Assembly (NCBI GenBank): GCA_002633005.1
Contig: NMRA01000644.1
Coordinates: 1 to 64,000, forward strand
Source of the DNA: Phoronis australis
Taxonomy: Eukaryota > Animalia > Phoronida
DNA length: 64,000 nucleotides
Reading direction: 5' to 3'
Shown here: in pieces, positions 1 through 13,245 of the stretch
Numbering within the stretch: the stretch's first letter is position 1
Layout: each line of letters starts with the position of its first letter
Translations under genes and position numbers: made by a program
The notes under the pieces: generated by a model
What the model saw: only the letters and a program-made list of their open reading frames with translations
The model's database searches: none
What the model was told of the DNA's origin: nothing

Positions 1-387
1 ACTGTGGTCATCACTATGCGTACCTTCAAGCACAGCTCGGGACCAGTGTCACTTTCAATTCCGTCCAGCCAATCTCCCCATTGCCCAGTAGCTGCCCTAA
101 CCTTGTACTTGTCTACTTTTCAGCCCTCTCCTGGCACCTTGTTCCAACACCTCAGTGGATCACCGGTTACAAGTTCCTGCTTCAACTCCATGTTAACTAA
201 AATGGTTTCCTTTGTAGGACTCGACACCAAGTCTTATACGTCACATAACTTTCGCATTGGCGCCGCCACCTCTGCGGCCAGCCGTGGCGTCCCTGAACCG
301 GTGATCCAGCGCATGGGGCGCTGGAAATCTGACGCACTAAAAAACTACATTCACATGTCTGCTTTTCCTCTTCCCCAGGCTTCTTGA
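1..387 (+). mobile_element. Tyrosine recombinase C-terminal fragment of a DIRS/Ngaro-type retrotransposon
   Basis: ORF 4..387 contains FKHS, CPVAAL..YL, SHNFRIGAATSAA and IQRMGRWKSDALKNYI. These match the HSFRIGAAT / GRWxS..YI catalytic region of Ngaro/DIRS YR proteins. The ORF runs off the window start. Confidence 0.9.
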
Positions 388-775
388 ACTCCTGGTGGGC
401 CTGCTGTTGCAGCTTCCCACTTCTCTCACTTTGCTTTTCAGCCCCTCCCACTCCTCTTGGTCTGTGGTTTCGGCCCCCTAGGTCAGGTCTGTTGTTGCAG
501 CCGGCCTCCTCCCGTTTGCAGGTCTGTTGCTGCAGCCTGTGGCCCAAGGTCTGTAGTTGCAGGCTTCAATTTCTAGTCATTAGTTCTAGTTACCTTTACT
601 TCCAGTTCTTTATGTTCTTGTTTTTTATATTCTAGACTTATGTTTTCTAGTTTTCTGTTAGTGTTTCTGCAGGAACGTTAGCCCTATGTTTCTGGTGACT
701 AGACTGCCGAGGAGTCTGGATATAGGATCCATTGTTCTCAACTATGGTTTGGGCGTTTTGGAACCATTCAACTCC

Positions 776-1060
776 TCAAACTTCATCGATGTTTGTTCTT
801 AATGCTGGCAATTGGTCAACTGCTGTGTCAGTGGGCTTGTAAGCCTCTACAATATCAGCATCTCGTTTTTGCAGATTGGCACTAAGCTTTTTAAGGTTTT
901 CAAGTCCATTCAAAAGAGTTACAAGCGCAACTATATTTGCCCCATTCAAGATGGACTGCTTCAAACCTTGCGCTTTTGTCAAAGACGATGTATCCCAGGA
1001 GCAATTTGCATCTCTTGCAATTTTTGGAATAAACGTCCCGATGTCTGAACACTTCAAACC
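776..1060 (-). mobile_element. hAT transposase fragment (PRKRIR/ZMYM1-like), pseudogenic
   Basis: Translation WDTSSLTKAQGL..IVALVTLLNGLENLKKLSANLQKRDADIVEAY...LRTNIDEV matches the hAT 'L..LS..LQ....DI..A' segment. Confidence 0.75.
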
Positions 1061-3332
1061 CCGAAGTTTTAACATCTAATAAATGCCCATAGGCATGGGC
1101 GTTTGATCGGGTGGGCTTTTTGCGGAAATTCCCCATATAGAAGACAGACACTACTGAGGTCGGAACCAGCGTTCCTTGAACACCGCGCGAGTACCACAAG
1201 ACTTTGCTGAGAAAGTACAGCCTATCCGAAATTTCGGGTACAGTACACTGTTCGCAAATGTGGTCACCTTGTCAATGTGAGTGCCACCCCCCGGGTTTAT
1301 TCCTTGTATAGGCTTAACTTGCGTAAGATGTATCTTGAAACGGACTCGAGACCAGACCACAGCGCCCACCACGACAGCAATTCTTCGGAAAACGAGTTGA
1401 TCGTTTTTAAGATAAACACATTACATGTACACTGTAAGATTATTGCGCAAGACAACTTTATTATACACCAGCCAAATTCAAGTTACAAACGTATGGTCCA
1501 GGAGTGTAATGACATGACAAGGCATGACAGATAAGGTAAAACGTTGCACGTCTATTCATCTGAATATCAGGTTTGTGGTACCACAATATTTTCCTTAATG
1601 AAATCAAAACATATCGTAGAGTAAAGACTATAGTTACCTAAAAAGTAACTATACTGTAGATCTGCCTTTTCCGCGTTAGATCCATCTAACGTGCTTGGCT
1701 ATACTTCAGAAATATCGACGGAAGCTCGCACAATTAAACTCCGCGCGACTTGCCGATGAGCTACGAAAACTCGATATGCGTTGCTTTTCGTGATTACAGC
1801 AAATCACAATGCAAAGAAATTAGATTTTCAGTGTGAACCCCCATCAATTTTTTGAGGTGGTTTACTTGAAGTTCACACATGCTGGCGGTGTCGTTTTTGT
1901 TTTGCTAGCGACGTTTTTTAACTTTTATTTTTTAGAGGCTTCGGGGCCCGCCAATGATCTATGAAGGCTACAAATTAATTGCGATTTTCTGAGTGGATAC
2001 TACGATTTAATCAATGCAATGCATTAATGAATCGAAATAATGCTACGAATTAATGAATAGGTAAGTAACTGCAATTAAGGAATTCATGAAATGCGATGAA
2101 GTATTGAATCGTGACGATGTTACGAACATGTGATTTCGTAATATCGAGGAAATCTATAAATACGTAACATGCTATTGAAAAAATGAAATATCGTAATTAC
2201 GACATTTAGGTGAATAGTTGATTTTCGAAATATCCGAGCCATCCTGAATTTCATTACCCCGCCAGACGTAAACTTTTAATACCTGTCTCGAGGCGAGAAA
2301 ATCCGCTATCAGTGCGAATCGTACTAAATTGAAGGAAATGACGTGGAAAGTTAGGCTACAGCCAGGTGAGTTTATCCGTCAATTGTCTGAGGGACCACGA
2401 CCCCTAAGGTAAATCTCTGTTCACGAATCAAGACTGGCGAACGACCTGTATCTAACTTTGTCGTAGCCCCCACGCGGTTTAGTTTATGAAAGTACCCATT
2501 CATATGCAAATCCTACGAAGATGTCTTCGGTTTCTTTTCTGCAGGCTCACGTGATCCATTGAAAACACCGTCTCGCTCGGTATTCAGTATCTCTAAAAGG
2601 CGCGTTTATTGATCTGGATGGTGTAACGAAGTGGTTACCTGGTGGTTGCACTTTGATGTCTTGATTGACTTTGAAAGTTTCTTCTTCAGCAGTTGTAATT
2701 AGTTCAGATATACTTCAAATAATTATTGATACAACGGGTCTCGTAGTTTATTGGAAAGTGCAATAACCCCTTCCGAGAAATTACCAATGGAATTTTCCCG
2801 AGCCGTGAGACGGCCTGCTATGTCAGATTGCGGCCATTTCCTAGAGGGTACGCACAGGGATGTGTCTTGCCCCATGCATGAAAGACGATACAGGTGCGTA
2901 ACTTCCGTTATTAATCATATTTTGGTGTGGCTGATACTTGTTACTACAGTTCTCTAGACCTGTAACAACTGTTTGGTGTACTAGCTTCTTGTAATACGTA
3001 TATATTGGCTGGCTGCATTTTAAGTAGTGTACCCTGGGTTGTACTCATGCATTACTGTTTGGGTTCTGGTGACGTGTACATTTATTTAAATGGATACATC
3101 TATCCGTCTATGAACTGTGTTACCATTCGCTTGCACCAGACGTTTATTACTTGACTTGCTGGTGCAATCGGGTTGACTTCAATTAGCCTAGCGCCCTTTC
3201 TAATCTCGACTAAGTATTTCACAAACATACTAACTAGAGCCCTAACATCTATCACAAAAGACTGGATAAACCGAAATGACGTTCAGGGTCACAAAATGCA
3301 TGCTGACATGTCGCAACAGATGGGAGCAAAGC

Positions 3333-3460
3333 ATTGTGTCTCGGATTCTTTGTGTCTAGTTCAATGTGTCCCCGTTTTATGGATTTCGGATTCTGTGTAT
3401 CCCAGGTTCTATGTGCCGGCCCGGGTTCTATAAGTACCTGCGGGTTCTATGTGTCCCGGT
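3333..3460. repeat. Degenerate short tandem repeat, consensus about GGGTTCTATGTGTCCC
   Basis: Variants include GGATTCTTTGTGTC, GGATTCTGTGTATCCC, AGGTTCTATGTGCC, GGGTTCTATAAG and GGGTTCTATGTGTCCC. Confidence 0.65.
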
Positions 3461-4721
3461 CTGTTGCGTTACAGTTCAGGCGCTAAGCGGACAAGTGTGC
3501 AAGGTTTACCTACAATCACCATTTTAGGCCCACGTGACAATTTTGAGGTGCTTTTCCGATCCTGCTTGAGGGCAAAAATTTGACAAGTAATAAAGTAACG
3601 TGTTGTTTTTATGAACCCTCCTGATCGTCGTTGTCAAATCAAGCAGTGCCCCCCGGAATTTCGAATGTAGCCAAATCTCACTTGTTCGGAACATGCGCCT
3701 TAGTTTGTGGCTAGGTCACAAAGGGCGATCTTATGTTGATTTTCTTGGCTGGTTGAGTGCTGACCAGAGACAAGTCGAATCTGGTGCTGTAGCCATTTCT
3801 ATGATACAAATAAGTAACCCTAAAAGCATACCATTTGCGATGCTTTCGTGGGCACATTTCAACGCTCCGCGTTGCTTTTGTTAGAGGCGCAGGCTCTTCG
3901 AAGAACTAGTTTCAAACAGGTGCGCGCATCATCCTGAACGTTTTCCTCAAAATCACTGTTCAGAACCCAGAGTTATGAAAGTTCAAACTTGTGGCTTTTG
4001 ATAGATTTTTGGAAATGTTTGATCTCCAAATTTATGGATTTTTAGGCTTGTAAACCTTCTGACCCATGAAAACCATGATTTCATAAACTAGGTCCACACA
4101 CTTTCTCACTTGTAGTTTTCAATTCAGGTCATATAGGGTTCATCTCGTCTAGGGGATTGATTTCCTTTTCACCTTATTGGAGATTTTTTTTAGCGACTTG
4201 GCCTTTCGTCGAACCAGTTGACTTTGGCTGACTAGTATACCATTACCATACTGGACCTGACGTCGCGAGCAGTTACAATGTACCAAAGGTGCTGCAGGAC
4301 CAGTGAAACGAATGACACCTCAACCAAAGAGGGGGTGTCCACTGCAAACATTCTGACAGTTACCGGTTTCAGATACATGTGTGTACTCATTTGAGTCATC
4401 AAAACTTGACCGATTACTTGTTTCATTTGGAAAAGCGAAGTGAAAACTCTACTCGCCAGTCATTTAGGAATACCTCTTTATTAATGCAAAGTGTTTCACA
4501 CCTGGTTTCAGGGCACAGTCTCTCAAAAACCGTCAAACGGAAGACGAGTAGTTGAGTAACCGGGATATCTTATCAATGTAAGATACACTATAAGCTCTCA
4601 GTTTGGGTCATCTGTATAATATTCCATCTCGGAATTGAACTTAATTTAGTCTTGGTTGCTGTATTTTATTTGAGCGACTTGTTTGTCATTTGTTAAACCA
4701 CTGAACTTTGTCCATCCTTAA

Positions 4722-5072
4722 AAGGATACCAAAACCGACTTTGGCTTACTAACACATACAAAAAGAAAACCGCTTTCCCATCCAGTTCTCTGAACCAAAT
4801 AATGCTTTTAAACCTACGCCTAACAGCAAAAGTTTGGAAGAAAATTTGAAAACTTCTTACAAATTCCGGTATACTGGCAAGCATGTCCTACGCTTTAAGC
4901 GAATGTGGAAAAGGCCACCGGGCACCAAAGACCACGATATCCAATTGATGAGATAGGAAGTATGGGTTGTTAGTTGGTTCCTGCCTTTAACTTGAAAGAT
5001 TGATACTTGAGATGCATTAACAGGTAAAAGAACGAGAATTGGTTGAAGTCATCAAAACAAGGTTTAGTATCC
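4722..5072. mobile_element. TTAA-flanked MITE (Kolobok-like); partial second copy at 7034-7190
   Basis: The left end is TTAA|AAGGATACCAAAACC and the right end is GGTTTAGTATCC|TTAA, forming inverted termini. The segment is absent from the homologous region at ~26030-26055. Confidence 0.65.
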
Positions 5073-8000
5073 TTAAGTGACATGCGGGACCACAACGTCA
5101 CGACAGGTTACAGTGCACCAAAGTTTCTGCAGCACAACCATTCCCCAACGTTACGATGCGACCAACGGGTAACCAAAACAGAAGAAGAAGTCGTTAAGAA
5201 GAAAATGATAAGCTAAACCAACGTTGCTTACATTTCATACTGCTCTAGAATGAATAGGGTACAGCCCGACACTCTGAAAGATCTCAACTCATAACACACA
5301 TAATATGACCAAAAAATGTTTTTAAAATTGCCCTATCATGCCGAAGAGGAGAGCCAGTGAGATCGACTCTACTTCGAAGATCTATGAGACCAGAAACTAG
5401 TGATTCAAAGTCAACAACAGCGGAGTTACAAAATCGTANATATAAATGGAAGCGACACCTCATTGCACATTGCTGAACTTTACTTGGACTCTTTCCAGAG
5501 GCACTGGTTCTTCCAGGAACTGGTTTCAAGCAGACATCTGCTCAAAAGCTCTCAAACATTTTGCTCCAAATCACTGTTCAGAACCTCGTGGCAATAAAGT
5601 TCAACATTTTAACTTTGGAACTAAGGGACTTTAGGACTTGTGTGTACCTTAGGAGATACAGATTTTTGGACTTGCAAACATTCGGACCCAAGCATACCGT
5701 GATTTTATACCTTCTGCCCACACTCTTTCTCACTTGAGTAGTTCGTATCCGATGCGTTGACTTCATTTGAACCTTATTGTAGATTTTTACGGGCTTTGGC
5801 CTTTCGTTGAACTACTGACAAGTATAGCATTAACATTCGGGATCTGACTTTGCTCACAGTGTCAGTGTACCAAGGACGCCACAGTACAACTTTCATGAAT
5901 GACCTCAAATACAAAAGGTATGGTGCTGATCAGCTGTAAACCTGAAAGTTACATGTTTTGACTGCTTAGGTGTTTTTGAGCCTGCAAAACGTCACCGAAC
6001 ACTTGTTTGATCTGGACAATCTACTCGCCAAGCATTTTGGCATCTGTCTTTGTTGATGACGAAAGTGTTCCTGAAGTTTGACTTTCGTGAGCGGTGTTTA
6101 AATCACAGCATTTGAAATCCACTATAACTGAACTAAAATCGCGTGCCAGGGTTTTTCGATACATGGGCCAAATTTTGACTTATTAGACGGAAAGTGAGCA
6201 AATAACAGAAAGTAGCGGGCTTGCCACAACTCACACACAAAAATGCCACAAAATCAAGATTATAACGATTTTGTACATATATTTGGTATGTATAAGGAGA
6301 ATATTGCGTGATGAAACAGTTGATAACAATCCCTGTGCATTTTGAAAAAAATCTAAGTGAAATTGGATTTTTTGAAAATTAAAAAATTCGTTATTTAAAA
6401 AAAGACAACTATGAAAACTTTTTTTTTCAATTTTTGTCACTTTCAGAGTCATGTCTAACTAGTTAAACCCAGTTGATACTTATTTTATATAGGACCTGGA
6501 GATTTGACCAGTGTATACACTCCCCTTAAATCATAACATTTGTAAGTTTTACTTAAGTCTGAACAGTTCTCTCTGAGATATAAATTTTAAAACTTAGAGA
6601 AATGTATTACGTTTTTCCAGGGTCATACAGGAACTCAACGAGCATGACCCTGACCTTGCACCAGCGCCAGTGAGCCAAAGAGATGCTGTCTTACCCGTTA
6701 CATGAAGGATGACGATAAAGGTGTTTACCTTTCGTTATTGGTAAACTTTTGGCCATGCCGAGACTTACAGTTACAATTCTCCACAAAAAATGTGGTGTCC
6801 AAGTCGTTGTAATAGATTTTTAAGTGTTTGCTGTATTTTCCTTGTAATTTGGGTCCTGCTAATGCATTAGTGTTTGGGTCGTGGTGACGTACATTTATGT
6901 CAATGGATAGATCTGCCTATCTATCAAATGTATTATCATTCTCTAGGACTAGACCTTTTGTTTCATTTCTTGGTGTTTCTTTCTCGGTGACGTTTACGTT
7001 CTTTCTCATCCCGACTAACACTTGCACTAACNTCACCGGGCACCAAAGACCACGATATCCATTTGATGAGATAGGAAGTATGGGTTGTTAGTTGGTTCCT
7101 GCCTTCAACTTGAACGATTGATACTTGAGATGCATTAACAGGTAAAAGAACGAGAATTGGTTGAAGTCATCAAAACAAGGTTTAGTATCCTTAAGTGACA
7201 TGCGGGACCACAACGTCACGACAGGTTACAGTGCACCAAAGTTTCTGCAGCACACCCATTCCCAACGTTACGATGCGACCAACGGGTAACCAAAACAGAA
7301 GAAGAAAATGATAAGCTAAACCAACGTTGCTTGCATTTCATACTGCTCTAGAATGAATAGGGTACAGCTCGACACTCTGAAGGATCTCAAGTCATAACAC
7401 ACCTAATATGACCAAAAATGTTTTTAAAATTGCCCTATCATGCCGAAGAGGAGAGCCAGTGAGATCGACTCTACTTCGAACATCTATGAGACCAGAAACT
7501 AGTGATTCAAAGTCAACAACAGCGGAGCTACAAAATCGTAGGAGTGGGGGTAATCCAAAATTTATAATGTAAATGGAAGCGACACCTCATTGCACATTGC
7601 TGAACTTTACTTGGACTCTTTCCAGAGGCACTGGTTCTTCCAGGAACTAGTTTCAAGCAGGCATCTGCTCAAAAGCTCTCAAACATTTTGCTCCAAATCA
7701 CTGTTCAGAACCTCGTGGCAATAAAGTTCAACATTTTAACTTTCGAACTAAGGGACTTTAGGACTTGTGTGTACCTTAAGAGATACAGATTTTTGGACTT
7801 GCAAACATTCGTACCCAAGCATACCGTGATTTTATACCTTCTGCCCACACTCTTTCTCACTTGAGTACTTCGTATCCAATGCGTTGACTTCATTTGAACC
7901 TTATTGTAGATTTTTACGGGCTTTGCCTTTCGTTGAACTACTGACAAGTATAGCATTAACATTCGGGATCTGACTTTGCTCACAGTGACAGTGTACCAAG

Positions 8001-9150
8001 GGCGCTGCAGTACAACTGTCATGAATGACATCAAATACAAAAGGTATGGTGCTGATCAGCTGTAAACCTGAAAGTTACACGTTTTGACTGCTTAGGTGTT
8101 TTTGAGCCTGCAAAACTTCACCGAACACTTGTTTGATCTGGAAAAAATATGTGACAATCTACTTACCAAGCATTTTGGCATCTGTCTTTGTTGATGACGA
8201 AAGCGTTCCTGAAGTTTGAGTTTCGTGAGCGGTGTTTAAATCACAGCATTTGAAATCCACTATAACTGAACTAAAATCGCGTGCCAGGGTTTTTCGGTAC
8301 ATGGGCCAAATTTTGACTTATTAGACGGAAAGTGAGCAAATAACAGAAAGTAGCGGGCTTGCCACAACTCACACACAAAAAAATGCCACAAAATCAAGAT
8401 TATAACGATTTTGTACATATATTTGGTATGGATAAGGAGAATATTGCGTAATGAAACGGTTGATAACAATCCCTGTGCATTTTGAAAAAAATCTAGGTAA
8501 AATTGGATTTTTTGAAAATTAAAAATTTCGTTATTTAAAAAAAACAGACAACTATGAAAACTTCTTTTTTCAATTTTGTCACTTTCAGAGTCATGTCTAA
8601 CTAGTTAAACCCAGTTGATACTTATTTTATATAAGAACCTGGAGATTTGACCAGTGTATACACTCCCCTTAAATCATAACATTTGTAAGTTTTACTTAAG
8701 TCTGAACAGTTCTCTCTGAGATTTAAATTTTAAAACTTAGAGAAATGTATTACGTTTTTCCAGGGTCATACAGGAACTCAACGAGCATGACCCTGACCTT
8801 GCACCAGCGCCAGTGAGCCAAAGAGATGCTGTCTTACCCGTTACATGAAGGATGACGATAAAGGTGTTTACCTTTCGTTATTGGTAAACTTTTGGCCATG
8901 CCGAGACTTACAGTTACAATTCTCCACAAAAATGTGGTGTCCAAGTCGTTGTATTTTCCTTGTAGTTTGAGTCCTGCTAATGCATTAGTGTTTGAGTCGT
9001 GGTGACGTACATTTATGTCAATGGATAGATCTGCCTATCTATCAAATGTATTATCATTCTCTAGGACTAGACCCTTTGTTTCATTTCTTGGTGTTTCTTT
9101 CTCGGTGACGTTTACGTTCTTTCTCATCCCGACTAACACTTGCACTAACG
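4916..9150. repeat. Near-identical tandem duplication of about 2.1 kb (4916-7031 vs 7034-~9150) joined at a single N
   Basis: CACCGGGCACCAAAGACCACGATATCC occurs at ~4916 and 7034. The copies differ only by scattered SNPs and indels, and there is an N at 7032. Confidence 0.9.
6119..6528. mobile_element. Dispersed non-autonomous DNA-transposon fragment ending ...GTGTATACACTCCCC-TTAA (other copies at ~8256-8672 and ~32773-33043)
   Basis: It is an insertion relative to the other array units. The same TTGTACATATATTTGGTATG...GGAGATTTGA(C/T)CAGTGTATACACT sequence recurs at 32.8-33.0 kb. Confidence 0.75.
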
Positions 9151-10194
9151 TACTAATACAAGTCTAACATACCAACAAAGACAACACAAATGAACCCAGC
9201 ATACCAAGAAAGAGAGCACGAATGAACCTAAATGACGTTCAGCAACTCAGAATGCATGATGAATGGTGTTATTTGATATCCTTTGCAGATGCCGCAACAA
9301 AATGGTGCCGAGCAGTCGTTCCCGTGACGGATTTCTGCCCGGGTAGGGACAAATAAAAATTCCAATTAGCATCTGAGTAGCAACTAGAATACAGGCATTT
9401 TTGTCGATTGTTTGTAAATTATATTAATACACGTTTTTGTCTATTTACATGTACGTGCCATACCCATTACCAACGGACAACCAAAACGGAAGAGGAAGTC
9501 TTTGAGACGAAAATGATGGTAAACTAACGTTGCTTGCGTTTCATACTGCACTAGTATGAATAGGGTAGAGATCAAAGCTCTGAAGGTTCTCAAGTCATAA
9601 CACACATAATATATCAAACAGAATGTTTTTAAATTGCCATATAATGCCGAAGGTTCACAAATCCGTCACGGAGGAGAGCAAGTTATTTGGAATCTATGAT
9701 ACCAGAAACCAGTGATTTAAAGTCAAAAACAGTGGTGCAACAAAATCGTACTGGGATGTTAAGCCAAGAATTTAAAATATAAGCAAACGACACTACTCAG
9801 TGCACATTATTGAGCTTTGCTTGGTTTCTTTCCAGAGGCACCTGTTCTTACAGGAACTGGTTTAAAGCAGACACCTGCTCAAATACTCAAGAACATTTTG
9901 CTCGAAGTAACTGTTTAGAACCTCGTGTCATGAATCTTCAACATTTTAACCTTCGAACTTATGGACTTTTGGACCTGTGTTTACCCTAGGAGATATGGTT
10001 TTTTCGACTTGCAAACATTCGGATCCATGAACAGCATGATTTCTTACCTTCTGCCTACACTCCTCCTCACTAGTAATTTTCAATTCAGATCATATGGGCT
10101 GTTTGCTTCCAGGGTGTTTACTTCGTTTGAAGCTGATTGTAGATTTTATTGGCTTGGCCTTTGGTCGAACTACTGGATTTTGGCTGACAAGGAT

Positions 10195-10430
10195 TCATTC
10201 ATTTATTTACTTATTTATTGTGATATTTAAAATGAGGGTGGCCTATTCAGTGATAGCACTGCTTTCCAAGAGGGCCCTCAACAACAAAAAACAGTAATAT
10301 AATACAATGAAGTAATAAAACAACAATTAAATATACGTAAAACGATACAATTAAAATAGGTTGAGAATTAAAACAATAAAAAAATGACGAAGAATGGTGA
10401 ACTAAGAGATATGAAATAATAAAGAGCTGA
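10195..10430 (-). mobile_element. 3' tail of a LINE (CR1/L2 group) replacing part of an array unit
   Basis: The minus strand reads GAGGGCCCTCTTGGAAAGCAG...GGCCACCCTC followed by AATAAATAAGTAAATAAATGAATGAA, a stem-loop plus TAAA-type tail typical of CR1/L2-group 3' ends. Confidence 0.6.
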
Positions 10431-13245
10431 ATTATTAAAATATTTTAATATATGATCAATTGGTTTTCGTTTTGTGAACGGTAATTGAATCATATCAATT
10501 GAAAGTTTTATTTAATTCTGAACAGTTCTCTCTGAGATACAAATTTTAAAACTTTAAGAAATGAATACGTTTTTCCAGGGTCAAGCAGGAACTGAACAAG
10601 TACGAAAATGACCTCGCCATCACCGACAGTGAAACAAAGAGATGCTGCCTTACCCGTTACATGAAGGGCGATAAAGGTGTTTCCCTTTAGTTATTGGTAA
10701 CGTTTTGGAGTCGACGACACTTGTAATTACAGTTCTCCACCTGCGAGAAAACAATGTGGTGTCCATGTCGTTGTAATAGAGTTTTTAGGCGTTTGCTGTA
10801 TTTTAGTTGTAGTCTTGGTTCTCCTAATGTATTAATATTTGGGTCGTGATGACGTGCATTTATTCCAATGAATGGATCTGGCCATCTACCAAATGTACAT
10901 TATTATAATTCTCTAGGACTAGACCTTTTGTTTCAGTTCTTGGTGGCTCTTTCGTGGTGACGCGTTGGAGCCGAGACGTGGCTCCCGTGACCTATTTCTG
11001 CCGGGCTAGGGACAAAATTATTCACTTAGCATCTGAGTAGTACATTGAAAACAGCTAATTTGCTGATTGTTTGTAAATTATATTAATACACGTTTTTTGT
11101 CTATTTACACGCTATACCCATTCCCCAGCGTTACAGTGCAACCATTTGAAAACCAAAACGAAAGACGAAAATGATGAAGGTTAACTAACGTTGCATGCGT
11201 TTCATACTGCACTAGTATGAATAGGGTACAGCTCTACACTCTGAAGTTTCTCAAGTCATAGCACCCATGATATGACAAAGACATTGTTTTTAAAACTGCC
11301 CTGTCATGCCAAAGGTTCAAAAATCATAGTCGAGAGCTAGTTAGTTCGAATCTAGCACGAAGATCAATGAGACCAGAAACCAGTGATTCAAAGTCAACGA
11401 CAGCGAAGCAACAAAATTGCAGTGTGGGTAAACAAAAAACTAGGAATAAAATAAGAAGCGACAGCTCAGTGCAGACTGCTGAGCTTTGCTTGGATTCTTT
11501 CCAGAGGAACCGGTTCTTCTAGGAACTGGTTTCAAGCAGGCACCTGCACAAATACTTTCGAATATCTTGCTCGAAGTCACATTTCAGAACCTGGCGTCAC
11601 GAAAGCTCAACATTTTAACTTTCGAAATAATGGACTTTAGGACTTGTGTATACCTGAGAAAATATGGATTTTTGGACTTGCAAACATTCGGACCCATTGA
11701 TATCGTGATTTCATAATCTTCCCAAACTCTTTCTCACCTATAGTTTTCAATTCAGATCACATGGGTTGTTCGCTTCCGCGGTTTTGACTTCATATTAACC
11801 TTATTGCAGATTTTTAGGGACTTGGCCTTTCGTCGAACTACTGGACTTTGGCTGGCCATTGCAACATTAACATGGGAGATTGGACTTCGCGAACAATGGG
11901 AGCTTACCAAGGACACTGTAGCACCACTTACATGAATGATATCAAATCCAAAAGGTTTGGTGCTGATCAACTGTAAACCTCCTGGAAGATATATTTTTCG
12001 ACTGCTTGGGTGCTCTTTAAGCCTTCAAACATCACCCCACACTGGTTTGATTTAGACAAATGAAGTGAAAATCTACTCGCCAGGCATTTAGGCATCTGTC
12101 TTTTTTCATGTATGGTTTTTCACACAGTCTCTCAAAAACCGTAAAATATAGCAAAAAAGAACAAAAGCACCTTATCAATAACAAGAGAGAATTTAATTTG
12201 ATGAAAGTGTTCCTCAATTGATCTCAGAAACAATATTTTAATTATTAAAATATTTTAATATATGATCAATTGGTTTTCGTATTGTGAACGGTAATTGAAT
12301 CATAACAATTGAACGATTCACTTAATTTTGAGCAGTTCTCTCTGAGACACAAAGTTTAAAACTTAAAAAAACGGACACGTTTTTTCAGGGTAAAGCCGGA
12401 ACTGAACAAGCACGAAACTGACCTCGCCACCACCGGCAATGAACCAAAGAGATGCTGTCATAGCCGTTACATGAAGGACGATAAAGGTGTTTTCCTTTCG
12501 TTATTGGTAACGTTTTGTCGTCGCCGACACTTCCAGTTACAGTTCCCCACCTTCGAGAAAACAATGTGATATCCATGTCGTTGTAATAGATTTTTAAGTG
12601 TTTGCTGTATTTTAATTGCAGTCTGGGTTCTCATAATATATTTATGTTTGGGTAGTGATGGGGTGCACTTATTCCCGAGGATGGATCTGGCCATCTATCA
12701 AATGTATTATAATTCTCTAGGACTAGACCTTTTGTTTCATTTCATGGTGGTTCTTTAGCGGTGACCTTTTCGTTGTTTCTAATCCGGACTAACACTTGCA
12801 CTAACATACTAACACAAGCTTTAACATACCAAGAAAGTCAACACGAATGAACCCAAATGACGTTCAAGTTCTCAAAGTGCATGATAAATATAGATTATTA
12901 CATGGCGAAGTCGTTAACCCCTGTTCTCTAGAGCCCGAGTGGATTTTGGAGAATTATCGCCCGAGGGGCGTCAGCCCCGAGGGTGATACTTTCTGCAAAA
13001 TCCACGAGGGCTCTAGATAGGGGATAACGGCTGAGAACATTTAATAATCTATTTATTCCACATACTAAACGAGAAACATTGCAATGAATTTATTTACTTT
13101 TCTCGACTATCCTCGGCTTTGTAACTACTTTCTGTGTCAAAGGCCCGGGGTTGGAGGTCGTGACCTTTTAAAAAAAGCCGAGCTATTTTTGTCAAATAAT
13201 GCTTTAACTCAAAACCAATTGAAAATTTAAATAGAATAGAAAGAA

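Noticed and set aside
1960-2240. Loosely periodic TACGA/ATGAAT-rich tract
   Set aside because: It is too degenerate to define a unit by eye and is probably an old minisatellite within a TE.
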